A DNA stretch of 64,000 nt, taken from contig JAFXOY010000124.1 in assembly GCA_017528375.1 (NCBI GenBank), positions 20,209 to 84,208 of the forward strand. Direction: 5' to 3'. How positions within the stretch are numbered: the first letter of the stretch is position 1; each line of letters begins with the position of its first letter. Source of the DNA: Clostridia bacterium. GTDB taxonomy: Bacteria; Bacillota; Clostridia; TANB77; CAG-508. Below the pieces are notes generated by a model that made no database searches, had not been told where the DNA came from, and saw only the letters and a program-made list of their open reading frames with translations. Positions 53,766 to 62,673 of the stretch are shown one piece after another. The position numbers and the translations under genes are program-made.

Positions 53766-54269
53766 TTAATCTTCTCCTAAATCTAATAAATGCGGCGGTC
53801 GCTCATACATTCGTGGGGACTGGATACTTATTTCATATACCGGCGCCCGCAACCTCTTCATCTTATTCTTTTCTTTTGCTAAATACAAATCATAATAATA
53901 CTGCTTTACATCATCATAAATAAAAGGAATGATACCAACCCCACCATGCCCCTCTTCTATTGAGCCATGATTAATTTTATAAAACCAATATAAACATTTT
54001 GTCATTCCAGTCCATGTATACCCATATTGAGCAATAAAACCTTCTGCTTGAGTATTGATTAACATATAATTATAATCTTTACCATAAATCTATTTTATTA
54101 ATTGGTAAAAATTATCTTTATCAATCTCCTCTTGAGTTTTTCTCTTTTGTTCTTCTGGGTCTTCTTCAGGACACTCTTTGTGGGCGTAACGCCTACCTAT
54201 TTTTATATATTCTACTTTGTCCGCATCAAAATGCTTATTACAATTGAGACATTTTACAATATGTGCCAT
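53766..54269 (-). CDS. Replication initiation / helicase-loading candidate (DnaD-like position), one in-frame TAG
   Basis: ATG 54269 is joined in frame to track ORF 53766-54065 by the TAG at 54090-54092. It has an N-terminal CxxC and lies immediately upstream of dnaB. Confidence 0.4.
53834..53851. repeat. 18-nt exact repeat CATATACCGGCGCCCGCA (copy 2)
   Basis: Identical to 31775-31792. It lies in the 3' part of the DnaD-like gene, 30 nt from the GC-rich 13-mer TGCGGCGGTCGCT (53791-53803), which recurs at 56887-56899. Confidence 0.9.
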
Positions 54270-54298
54270 TTTTATTATTCCTTTTATTTTATACTAAA

Positions 54299-54327
54299 AT
54301 TATATCATAAAATTATAAAAAAATCAA
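54299..54327 (-). promoter_or_regulatory. Sigma-A type promoter fused to a terminator
   Basis: On the minus strand: TTGATT, a 17-nt spacer, then TATAAT. The -35 box overlaps the end of the hairpin at 54326-54348 and its T-run. Confidence 0.6.
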
Positions 54328-54348
54328 GGAGGGTTATCAACCCTCCTT
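54316..54348 (-). terminator. Rho-independent terminator at the end of the ATPase gene
   Basis: AAGGAGGGTT / AACCCTCCTT stem with the TGA stop in the loop. T7 follows on the minus strand. Confidence 0.65.
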
Positions 54349-55332
54349 ATTTAATAAATCTTTTAAATCAAATACAATTAAAGCAATTTGTTCAACCTGT
54401 TCTCTTGTTGCGTTTGAAACTTTTTTACCTTTGCCAAGATACTTATTAGTGATTTCAGTAATTCTTGGTGCAAAATATTCCATTCTATCTTTTGGAATAC
54501 TACTTACCAAAGAAGTAAATTCATTCATTAAATTATCAAAATCTAATTCTTCTGTATCTTCAGCTTTTTCTCTTTCATTTGTAATGAATTGATTATTAGT
54601 TAATTTAGCCTCTTTTTCAATCGCATCATTTAATGCTTTTACTAAAGCTGGGTATGTAAAATCAATTTCTGGATCAATATATTTAAATCTACATCCTGTA
54701 TCGGCTGAGCCATCCATAGAACGCAAGGTTAGTCTTACATTTACTTCTCCTGTTTCCTCGTTTCTTACTTGATGGGCATATGCATAAATGTCTGCCATGT
54801 CTTTAATAATCTCATTATAAGAGGGGGATACACTTGGAACATGCTGATTGTACTCCGTGCCGTTTTCTCTTTTAAATACTTTTTCTTTTTCGTGTGAGAT
54901 AAAGAATAAAGCATATCCCATTTGAGTAATAGAACGGAATGTTTCTTCCAATTCTTTTTTTACTAACGTCCATCCTTTTCCCCAGGCTAAATCACCAAGA
55001 GTGTCTACACCATTTTGAGAACAGATATATTTTTCACAGGCTGCCGCAGCAATGTCTACCGTATCAACAACAATACATTTATACATCTCTTGGGCTTCTG
55101 GCTTTTTTAAATCTCGTAAAATCATTTTCATTTCAGACCATGACTTAACATCTATTGCCATAATACCAGGAATTGCATTATATCCCTTTTCCCAAGCCAA
55201 AAGCAAGGATTTGTCCATTTGCGAGGCTAATGTGGTTTTTCCTGTTTTACCTTTACCATAGATATAGGTTATATATCCTGAAAGATCCCTACTTACTTTA
55301 TGAGGTTTTATATCAAAAATACTAATTCCCAT
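54337..55332 (-). CDS. Sak4-like / AAA_24 RecA-fold ATPase (recombination mediator)
   Basis: Intact 331-aa ORF, with Walker A YGKGKTGKTT and Walker B CIVVDTVD. Confidence 0.65.
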   Translation of the reverse strand: MGISIFDIKPHKVSRDLSGYITYIYGKGKTGKTTLASQMDKSLLLAWEKGYNAIPGIMAIDVKSWSEMKMILRDLKKPEAQEMYKCIVVDTVDIAAAACEKYICSQNGVDTLGDLAWGKGWTLVKKELEETFRSITQMGYALFFISHEKEKVFKRENGTEYNQHVPSVSPSYNEIIKDMADIYAYAHQVRNEETGEVNVRLTLRSMDGSADTGCRFKYIDPEIDFTYPALVKALNDAIEKEAKLTNNQFITNEREKAEDTEELDFDNLMNEFTSLVSSIPKDRMEYFAPRITEITNKYLGKGKKVSNATREQVEQIALIVFDLKDLLNKEG

Positions 55333-55381
55333 ATTTTATCTCCTTTTGTTTTTATATTTAGAGGGGTTTAAGCCCCTCTAA

Positions 55382-56329
55382 TTAAAAACTGAAACCTCCC
55401 TGAGGAATCTGTGTGCTTGGCGCGGGAGCCTTTGAAGTCGGGATAGCATTGTTCTTAGAGTTGTAATATTCTTTCGATCTTGTTTTAATCTCTTCCAGAT
55501 AAACATTTCTATCTGCAACCGCCTTGCCCAAATCTTCCATTGTAATTGTGCTTTCAATTCCGAATACATAAGGTTCTGGTTTTGCTCCTGTAATTACCCA
55601 CTCTTTTCTTGACCTCTCTGAAACATCAACAGATGGTGTTCCAAAAGCACTTTCTACTACCTTTTCAACCTTAATTGTTGTATTAACAATCTCGCCCCAT
55701 ACTTGAGTAAACACAGGGTCTTTTGGAGAAGCTTCAAGATTCAGAAAATAATTCATTGCGTCAGAATCTTTTGCTACCAGTGGGAATGGTAAGATTGCGT
55801 TTTTAAAATTAAAAATAGCTGCATTAAGTTTTACATATTCATCAGAGTTTTCTGTTGCATCTACTAAAGTAGCACCTGTGATAACCACATCAAAAGTGAA
55901 CTTCCTTCTCTTAGCCTCGTCTGATGTCAGTTCAGAAACAACATTAATGAAGCCTCCTTCATTTCTTGGCTGGGATACCAGCTGATCTCCACCCTGTGGA
56001 TAAAAATCGTTTAAAGCGGCAGAAGGAGTTAATCTAACCTTTGTTGCACCATCTTTTCCAACCTTTAACCAGGTCTTATCTTCTTCCATAATCTTTTTAA
56101 GGATGGAAAACCTGGAATCTGCCTTACCATTTTTTGTTATTTCGGTAATATAGGTATAATGAACTGTTAACACATTTAAGCCAGCTTCATCTGTTGCAAC
56201 ATCAATAGAACCCTGAATAAATTCTTTTCCATAATTTTCAGATTGCTGATTTTGTACTGTTTTGATTGATAAATTCTGGTCGTATATTCTTCCTTCAATA
56301 ATTTCAGTGTTTACATTATTTAATCTCAT
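55382..56329 (-). CDS. Putative single-stranded DNA-binding protein (positional call)
   Basis: Intact 315-aa ORF behind a consensus promoter, next to the Sak4-like gene. The C-terminal tail ends in ..GGFSF. No motif was firmly recognised. Confidence 0.35.
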   Translation of the reverse strand: MRLNNVNTEIIEGRIYDQNLSIKTVQNQQSENYGKEFIQGSIDVATDEAGLNVLTVHYTYITEITKNGKADSRFSILKKIMEEDKTWLKVGKDGATKVRLTPSAALNDFYPQGGDQLVSQPRNEGGFINVVSELTSDEAKRRKFTFDVVITGATLVDATENSDEYVKLNAAIFNFKNAILPFPLVAKDSDAMNYFLNLEASPKDPVFTQVWGEIVNTTIKVEKVVESAFGTPSVDVSERSRKEWVITGAKPEPYVFGIESTITMEDLGKAVADRNVYLEEIKTRSKEYYNSKNNAIPTSKAPAPSTQIPQGGFSF

Positions 56330-56363
56330 TTTATTTTAAACTCCTTATTTATTTTATATATTT

Positions 56364-56392
56364 ATTATACTATAATTTTTTTTATTTGTCAA
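56364..56392 (-). promoter_or_regulatory. Perfect consensus promoter
   Basis: On the minus strand: TTGACA, a 17-nt spacer, then TATAAT. It begins 2 nt after the TAA of the upstream gene. Confidence 0.7.
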
Positions 56393-56394
56393 GT

Positions 56395-57348
56395 TTATGT
56401 TTTATTGCCACTGTTTCCATTCATACCTGTTTTATCAGAATGATAAAAATTAATCCAAAATTTTTCACGTTCATTTAATTTTTCTTTTGAACATTCTTCT
56501 AATAACTCAAAAGTAAATGTCCAAACTCCGTAATACTGCATTTTATTATATAATTTATTCGTAGCTGGAGCATCTATTCCTAATCCACATTTTATATGTG
56601 CTTTCCAACGATCTGATATATTAATACTTTGTCCAATATAGACCTACTCAGTATTATGATTTGTTATTTTATAAATACCACATTTTTTTGTGCCGCCAAG
56701 AACACGATTACATAAATCATTTGTTGCTTTAAGAATAAAAGCAGACCAAATTATTTTACTTACAAGAGAGGGATCATTTAAACGATGTTTAAAATTATTT
56801 AATTCTAAAATATCATTTAATTGATTGTCTGTTAAATTAAGAGAATAGAATAACCATTTATTATTTTCTTCTTGCTAGAGTAAACGTGCGGCGGTCGCTG
56901 CCTAAACAGCGTTTTTAACCTAGCTTAAGGCTTCTTCTACCTAGGTTTTCTAATTTAACATTTGGTTGATTCGAGTTGTTATTTCATTTTCTTTTTTGCT
57001 ATAAGCCTAGTCTAACGCTTGTTCATAAGATTGAAAAGCTAATGATGAAGATTCTTGCAAATTATTATATAGTGCATTCAGCCGTGTAGCCTTTTCCTCA
57101 ACTTCTTTATCTATTTCAGTTTTTAAATCATTTTTTTGTTGAGTTAATGAGAGAATTTCTGACTATCGATTTTTAATAGATTGCTGTAAATTGTTTAACT
57201 CTTTATAATTATTTTCAATAACTTTATTCTGTAATTCAATCTATTCATTTATTTTTTGGAGTTGCTAATTATTATCTACTTTTTTTCGATATGATAGATA
57301 TAATATAAACAGGCTTGCACATATTAAAACAACACTTAAATATATCAT
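56395..57348 (-). CDS. Membrane-anchored coiled-coil protein with C-terminal GIY-YIG nuclease domain (TAG read as sense)
   Basis: ATG 57348 follows AGGAGG and the ORF ends at TAA 56395-56397, with 10 in-frame TAG (frame-checked). It has an N-terminal hydrophobic helix (IYLSVVLICASLFILYL) and a C-terminal GIYKITN..VYIGQS..RWKAH..ERE.FWI. Confidence 0.6.
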
Positions 57349-57362
57349 AAATACCTCCTGAT

Positions 57363-57398
57363 AGAAAAATTGGGTTAAGTTATTAAATAGCTTAACCC
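57363..57398 (-). terminator. Rho-independent terminator
   Basis: GGGTTAAG / CTTAACCC stem with an AATTTTT run on the minus strand. Confidence 0.5.
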
Positions 57399-57425
57399 TT
57401 TTAATATCAGATAGTAAGAGTTTTA

Positions 57426-57734
57426 TTACTCACACTCATATTCAAAAGCATGTCCTGCTTCGGTAAGTTTGATAAACTTAACTGTATCATGTTTAATTTT
57501 ACCATCTTCCATTTCGGTTTCAATTTCACCTTCAACTCTTTCAATCAGAGGAACGATAACCTTTTCATCACCGATCTCTTCACGATGTCTCTGAAAAGCT
57601 GCGGTAAGAATACCATTTACCTGCTTTGGGTCCAAGCTAAGAGCTGCAGCAATATCCTTGGCAGTGATATTCTCATCTTCGTGTGCCTTTACATATTCAA
57701 ATACATTAAAACTATTTACTGCTAATTTCTTCAT
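57426..57734 (-). CDS. Hypothetical acidic protein (102 aa)
   Basis: Intact track ORF with a GGAG RBS. Confidence 0.55.
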   Translation of the reverse strand: MKKLAVNSFNVFEYVKAHEDENITAKDIAAALSLDPKQVNGILTAAFQRHREEIGDEKVIVPLIERVEGEIETEMEDGKIKHDTVKFIKLTEAGHAFEYECE

Positions 57735-57778
57735 TTCTAAATCTCCTTAAATTAATATTTATTTTTGTTTTCTTATAT

Positions 57779-57807
57779 ATTATATTATAAATTTTTTGAA
57801 AAGTCAA
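57779..57807 (-). promoter_or_regulatory. Sigma-A type promoter
   Basis: On the minus strand: TTGACT, a 17-nt spacer, then TATAAT. The TGA stop of the upstream ORF (57804-57806) lies inside the -35 box. Confidence 0.65.
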
Positions 57808-57995
57808 CAATTTCCGAGCAATTCTAGAACGGCATCGTTTAATTCCAAACTCTCTTCAATGTCTAATTTTCCCATGATATTTTCAATTCTGCGCATGTAC
57901 GATTGAATATATTTGTCCTTGCTCGAATTTTGTATTTTCATTTCTAGGTCCGCTACTTCTTTAGCGAGTTCTTGAAGTTCTTCTTTACTTTTCAT
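57804..57995 (-). CDS. Small coiled-coil protein (63 aa), possibly leaderless
   Basis: Intact track ORF. There is no Shine-Dalgarno sequence, and the ATG lies 6 nt downstream of a TATAAT box. Confidence 0.45.
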   Translation of the reverse strand: MKSKEELQELAKEVADLEMKIQNSSKDKYIQSYMRRIENIMGKLDIEESLELNDAVLELLGNC

Positions 57996-58001
57996 AATAA
58001 T

Positions 58002-58030
58002 ATTATACTAAAAATTTTTAATGTTTTCAA
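58002..58030 (-). promoter_or_regulatory. Sigma-A type promoter
   Basis: On the minus strand: TTGAAA, a 17-nt spacer, then TATAAT. The ligase TGA stop (58027-58029) lies inside the -35 box. Confidence 0.6.
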
Positions 58031-59976
58031 GTTACTGAACATAATAACTGGAATTGTTCTTCTGTAATAATTGGAATATTCAATCTTTTTGCTGAAAGAT
58101 TCTTGGCGGAAGTTGAATCGGCATCGTTATTAATTAAATAGTTTGTATTCTTAGTTACAGAACCCGTTACTTTTCCACCTTTAGATTCAATAAAAGATTT
58201 TAATTCATCCCTATTCTTATAAAGTTTTACCTTTCCAGTAATTACAAATACTTTTCCTTCTAATTCGTTGCCGTTTGAAGAAGGGACCGCCGCCTCCTCA
58301 ATAATATATTTATCAAAAATCATATCCGCTTCAGTGTAATCAAATTTAAAAAGGTTATCAAGCATTACTTCGCCAATACCATCAATTTGATATAATCTAT
58401 CATCTCTTTCATCTATTGCTTTTCTAAAGGTTTTGTAATCTTTAAACTCATTAGCCAAAGCCTTAGAAGCAACCTTCCCTATAAGGGGGATTCCTAAAGC
58501 ACATAGATATTTATCAAATGAACAGACTTTAGCACTTTCAATAGCACTTAAAATTTTATTAACCGAAGCAATTCCAAAGCCAGGTTTTTTAAACCAATCT
58601 AAACGATGGGTATATAATGTAAAAATTTCATCTAAAGTTATTACCCATCCCCAACTATTAAGTTTTTGTAGAGTTGCTTTTGATAAACCTTTAATATCAA
58701 GTCCCTTTTTCCCACAGAAGTGGTCTAATTGATTAATAAATTGACAATCACAATTAGGATTAGTACAATATAAAAATTCAGTATTATATTCTTTTTTAAT
58801 CTTATTAGGGTCTCCACAATACGGACAATATTTAGGAATTTCAAAAAACTCAGGATTCATACCTGTTTTAGGAGGCTGAGCGTTCACAATTTGAGGAATA
58901 ATTTGATTCATTTTACAAACTTCAATCTCTTGTCCTAAATATGGAGTATCAAGAGTTTGCTTCATAATACTTATATTATGAAGACTTGCTCGTGAAACAA
59001 TTGTACCTTCAATTTCAACAGGATCAAAAATTGCAACAGGGGTTAAAATTCCTGTTCTTCCCATTGTCCATTCAATATTACGGAGATAGGATGTAACTGT
59101 TTCGTCGTAAAATTTATATGCTAATCCGCCTTTAAAATGGTGGTCTGTCTTACCAGCGTTCTCATACTCTTCAATATTATTATATTTAAAAACAAGTCCA
59201 TCAATAGGATATGCAGCGGCTTGCGCCAAATCTTTTAAGAAATCTATAATTTGATTTGGATTATTAGCATTTTCAAAGAATGGTACAACAGTAAATCCTA
59301 ATTTAATTAATTCTTCTAACTTTGCTCCAAGAGTATCCTTTTCAATTCCTTTTATACAATCCCATGCTACAAAAGTAAGGTTACGATTGTAGCACTCTTT
59401 ACTGTCTAGCAATCTAATGCTTCCACTTGCAAAATTTCTAGGATTCTTATACTGATCTTGAAAAGCTTCAAAATTTTTATAAGTACAAATTATTTCTCCG
59501 TCAATAATAATTTCATCTTTTATAGGAATTGTTTTAGGAATACTTTTCAAAGTTTTTGCATTATGAAAAATATCTTCTCCTGTTACCCCATCCCCCCTGG
59601 TTTCAGCACTAACCAATTTCCCATCCATATACCTTAATGAACAAGTTAGACCATCCATTTTACACATAGCAATCCAATCTTTGTTTTTAATAAAACCTTT
59701 AATTGTATTAAAATCTTTGGTTTTATCTAAAGAAAGCATAGGATGATTGTGTTTTACTTTCTTTAATTCTGATACAAAATCAAAATTAATAACATGAGTA
59801 GGAGAACCGTTTAAAACTTCTCCAGTTTCTAATTCTAGTTTATAAAGGTCAAAATACATATCATCCCACTCTTTATCAGAAATTAAAGGATGCCCCTCAT
59901 CATAAGCAGAGGTATAACGATTTAATTTATTAATTAAAATCATCATAGTCTTTTTTTGTTTGTCTGTTGCTGGCAT
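58027..59976 (-). CDS. ligA: NAD-dependent DNA ligase
   Basis: Track ORF 58027-60003; the likely start is ATG 59976 after GGAG. It has the adenylation motif CKMDGL, an OB fold, a Zn finger (CPYCG..C..C), HhH and a C-terminal BRCT (GKVFVITG). Confidence 0.85.
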   Translation of the reverse strand: MPATDKQKKTMMILINKLNRYTSAYDEGHPLISDKEWDDMYFDLYKLELETGEVLNGSPTHVINFDFVSELKKVKHNHPMLSLDKTKDFNTIKGFIKNKDWIAMCKMDGLTCSLRYMDGKLVSAETRGDGVTGEDIFHNAKTLKSIPKTIPIKDEIIIDGEIICTYKNFEAFQDQYKNPRNFASGSIRLLDSKECYNRNLTFVAWDCIKGIEKDTLGAKLEELIKLGFTVVPFFENANNPNQIIDFLKDLAQAAAYPIDGLVFKYNNIEEYENAGKTDHHFKGGLAYKFYDETVTSYLRNIEWTMGRTGILTPVAIFDPVEIEGTIVSRASLHNISIMKQTLDTPYLGQEIEVCKMNQIIPQIVNAQPPKTGMNPEFFEIPKYCPYCGDPNKIKKEYNTEFLYCTNPNCDCQFINQLDHFCGKKGLDIKGLSKATLQKLNSWGWVITLDEIFTLYTHRLDWFKKPGFGIASVNKILSAIESAKVCSFDKYLCALGIPLIGKVASKALANEFKDYKTFRKAIDERDDRLYQIDGIGEVMLDNLFKFDYTEADMIFDKYIIEEAAVPSSNGNELEGKVFVITGKVKLYKNRDELKSFIESKGGKVTGSVTKNTNYLINNDADSTSAKNLSAKRLNIPIITEEQFQLLCSVT

Positions 59977-59977
59977 A

Positions 59978-60250
59978 TTATACAATCTCCACATAAACTT
60001 CAATACAAGGAATAGTTACTTCTCCACCAAAAGTAATGTTAAAATCTTGTATATAACACTCTTTGTAGTTATATTCAGATGGTGAATCTTCTTTATCAAA
60101 ATATGTGTCAAAAGGAATTTCATATTTTTGCATTAAAAGATATTGTTTTAAAAATTCCTCTGGCTTTTCTGTATAAAAAGCTCTAATCATCATATCTTTT
60201 GAACTGTCTACTAGTTTAATTAAAGTTGTATTATGAATTAGACGATTCAT
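59978..60250 (-). CDS. Hypothetical protein (90 aa)
   Basis: Intact track ORF with a GGAG RBS. Confidence 0.5.
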   Translation of the reverse strand: MNRLIHNTTLIKLVDSSKDMMIRAFYTEKPEEFLKQYLLMQKYEIPFDTYFDKEDSPSEYNYKECYIQDFNITFGGEVTIPCIEVYVEIV

Positions 60251-60300
60251 TTTTTATATATCTCCTTTATTTTTCTAAATATATTATATCAAAAATTCTT

Positions 60301-60337
60301 AAAAAAATAAAGTGGTAGATGTATTATATCTACCACT
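60301..60337 (-). terminator. Rho-independent terminator after the gyrA-like gene
   Basis: AGTGGTAGAT / ATCTACCACT stem. T-runs flank it on both strands. Confidence 0.7.
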
Positions 60338-60342
60338 TTTTA

Positions 60343-62673
60343 TTACAGGACCACAAGAGAAGAAACAGTGCTTCGTTCTATCATTTTTGTTCCTGAACCA
60401 GCTCTGGTTTGAACAGGAATTTCTTCGGATGAAATACAAATTGAATTTGGCTTTCCTACTAACAAAAGAGGGGTAGATGTTTGGAGGGCGGCGGCACCCG
60501 CTATTTCATCTCCAAGGTCCAGTTTCATACAGGATACACCGCGGCCGCCGCGATTTTGAATAACCACATCAGACGCTAATATTCTCTTACCTTTTCCTGC
60601 TTTTGTTACTATTGCTATACTGCTATCTTTTAAAACAGGAAAAGCTGATATAACCTCATCACCATCTTTAAGTCCAATTCCTTTAACACCACTGGTTAAT
60701 CTGCCTATTGCTTTAATATCATCTGTAGGAACTTTAATAATCATTCCTTTTCGAGTGACCATAATAACTTCTTCTTTATTATCCATGAAAACAACATTAA
60801 TTAAACTGTCTCCTTCTTTCAGTTTAATAGCTTGAATACCAGTAGTTTTTTTCATGGTTGAGTATTCTTCAAACTTTGTCTTTTTAATTAAACCATTCTT
60901 AGTAAAGAACACTACATTTTCAGCGGTGTTGTCTAATGTACTAATTTCCTGTACCTCTTCTCCTGGTGCAAATGGTAAAATGGTCTTTATATTTGTTCCT
61001 TTTGCTACATTATTTCCTTCAGGAATTTTATCTACTCCAAGCCTATACATTTTACCAGCTGACGTGAAAATCATAAGGGTTTCTGTAGTGTTAGTAGATA
61101 GCGCCATAAGAGTTTCTTTTTCTACAGATTTAATTCCTGTACCACGTCTATGCTGTACTTTAAAAGTCTTTTTTGGTACTCGCTTAATATCTCCACCATG
61201 TGTAATGACTACTACAACATCTTCGGGGACTATATCTACTTTTTCTTTTTCATCTTTTGTTTCCTCAACTTGAGCTATTTCAGTTTTTCGTTCGTCACCA
61301 TATTTTTTAGTGATGTTCCCAAGTCTCAATTTTAAAACATCTTCTTGTTCTGATTTATTGGCAAGAATCTTTTTTAAATCATTAATTTGCTCTTTAAGAT
61401 TCTCAGCTTCCTTTTCTAATTCAATTTTTTCCAGTTTAGCAAGAGAAGATAATCTCATAGCCAAGATAGCCTTAGCCTGGTTTTCTGTAAAATTATACCT
61501 AGAGATAAGATTTTCTTTTGCGGCCGCCGCACTTTCAGATGATTTAATAAGAGCAATAATATTATCAATATCTTCAAGTGCTTTTAATAAACCGTTAACA
61601 ATTTCTAATCTATCTTCTGCTTTTGCTAAATCAAATTTACATTCTCGTACAATACATTCAATATTATGGTCTACATAAATTTTTATCGCTTCTTTGAAGT
61701 TAAGTTCAGTCGGAGTTTTGTCAATAAGTGCCACTTGATTATAGCTAAACGATGTCTGAAAGTTTGTTTTTGCATATAATTTTTTAACAACTAATTCTGG
61801 GTCAATTCCTTTATCACAGGTTACAACAATTCTAATCTTTTTAGAACTTTCATCATGAATATCAGAAACTCCTTCAATTTCTTTCTTTTCACAAGCTTCT
61901 CCAACTTGTGAAATTAATCCTTCTATTGTTTCTCCATAAGGAATTTCATAAAAAATTATTTTATCTTTTTCAATGTTATACCTTGCTCTGAGTTTAACAC
62001 TTCCATGACCAGTTTCCATAATCTTTGGCATATCTTCTTTATTAATAATAACTCCGCCAGTAGGAAAGTCTGGATATACGGGAGAGATTTTTTCTCCTTT
62101 TAAGTATTCATTAATTGCTCTTGTAACATCATTAAGATTGTGTGGAGCCCAGTTACATGCTATGGCGACTCCAATTCCTGTGTTTGGATTACATAAGAGA
62201 TTTGGAAAGATTGCTGGAAGTGTTACAGGCTCATCCAATGTTTCATCATAGTTTGGAACAAAATTTACGTTTTGTTTTTTAATTCCATATAACAAGCCAT
62301 CTTCTGCTACTTTTGAAAGACGCGCTTCTGTATAACGTGGAGCAGCGGGTCCATCGCCCGCAATATTACCATTATTACCGTGCCAATCTATAAGAGGATA
62401 CCTCATAACCCATGGCTGAGATAATCTTACCATTGCTCCATATATAGAACTATCGCCATGAGGATGATAACGTCCCATAACATCACCAACAATACGTGAA
62501 GATTTAACATGAGGTTTAGACGATGTTCTTCCTTCTTCAAATGTTGACCATAAAATACGCTTAGCAACGGGTTTAAGACCTGATTTTGCATCAGGTATTG
62601 CACGGTCTGAATTTACAGCTACGGCATATTCTATAAAATTTGTACTTAATTCTTGAGTTAAATCATTCTGCAT
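60343..62673 (-). CDS. gyrA: Type IIA topoisomerase subunit A (GyrA/ParC-like)
   Basis: Intact 776-aa ORF. Motifs: RYHPHGDSSIYGAMVRLSQPW, the catalytic-Tyr region AAPRYTEARL, and C-terminal beta-pinwheel repeats. Confidence 0.85.
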   Translation of the reverse strand: MQNDLTQELSTNFIEYAVAVNSDRAIPDAKSGLKPVAKRILWSTFEEGRTSSKPHVKSSRIVGDVMGRYHPHGDSSIYGAMVRLSQPWVMRYPLIDWHGNNGNIAGDGPAAPRYTEARLSKVAEDGLLYGIKKQNVNFVPNYDETLDEPVTLPAIFPNLLCNPNTGIGVAIACNWAPHNLNDVTRAINEYLKGEKISPVYPDFPTGGVIINKEDMPKIMETGHGSVKLRARYNIEKDKIIFYEIPYGETIEGLISQVGEACEKKEIEGVSDIHDESSKKIRIVVTCDKGIDPELVVKKLYAKTNFQTSFSYNQVALIDKTPTELNFKEAIKIYVDHNIECIVRECKFDLAKAEDRLEIVNGLLKALEDIDNIIALIKSSESAAAAKENLISRYNFTENQAKAILAMRLSSLAKLEKIELEKEAENLKEQINDLKKILANKSEQEDVLKLRLGNITKKYGDERKTEIAQVEETKDEKEKVDIVPEDVVVVITHGGDIKRVPKKTFKVQHRRGTGIKSVEKETLMALSTNTTETLMIFTSAGKMYRLGVDKIPEGNNVAKGTNIKTILPFAPGEEVQEISTLDNTAENVVFFTKNGLIKKTKFEEYSTMKKTTGIQAIKLKEGDSLINVVFMDNKEEVIMVTRKGMIIKVPTDDIKAIGRLTSGVKGIGLKDGDEVISAFPVLKDSSIAIVTKAGKGKRILASDVVIQNRGGRGVSCMKLDLGDEIAGAAALQTSTPLLLVGKPNSICISSEEIPVQTRAGSGTKMIERSTVSSLVVL

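Noticed and set aside
55359-55380. The hairpin TAGAGGGG..CCCCTCTA after the SSB-like gene could be a terminator.
   Set aside because: No U-tract follows it on the minus strand. It may be an RNA-stability or processing element, but terminator evidence is weak.
1491-61678. Opposite-strand ORFs in the track. Examples: 1491-1742(-), 2055-2351(-), 5293-5538(-), 5644-6039(-), 12571-12855(-), 33687-33884(+), 38625-38813(+), 39957-40163(+), 41499-41741(+), 51056-51355(+), 51668-51991(+), 54102-54449(+), 54939-55261(+), 57450-57725(+), 60854-61678(+).
   Set aside because: They lie antisense to or inside strongly supported genes, lack RBSs, and have low-complexity or hydrophobic shadow-ORF composition.
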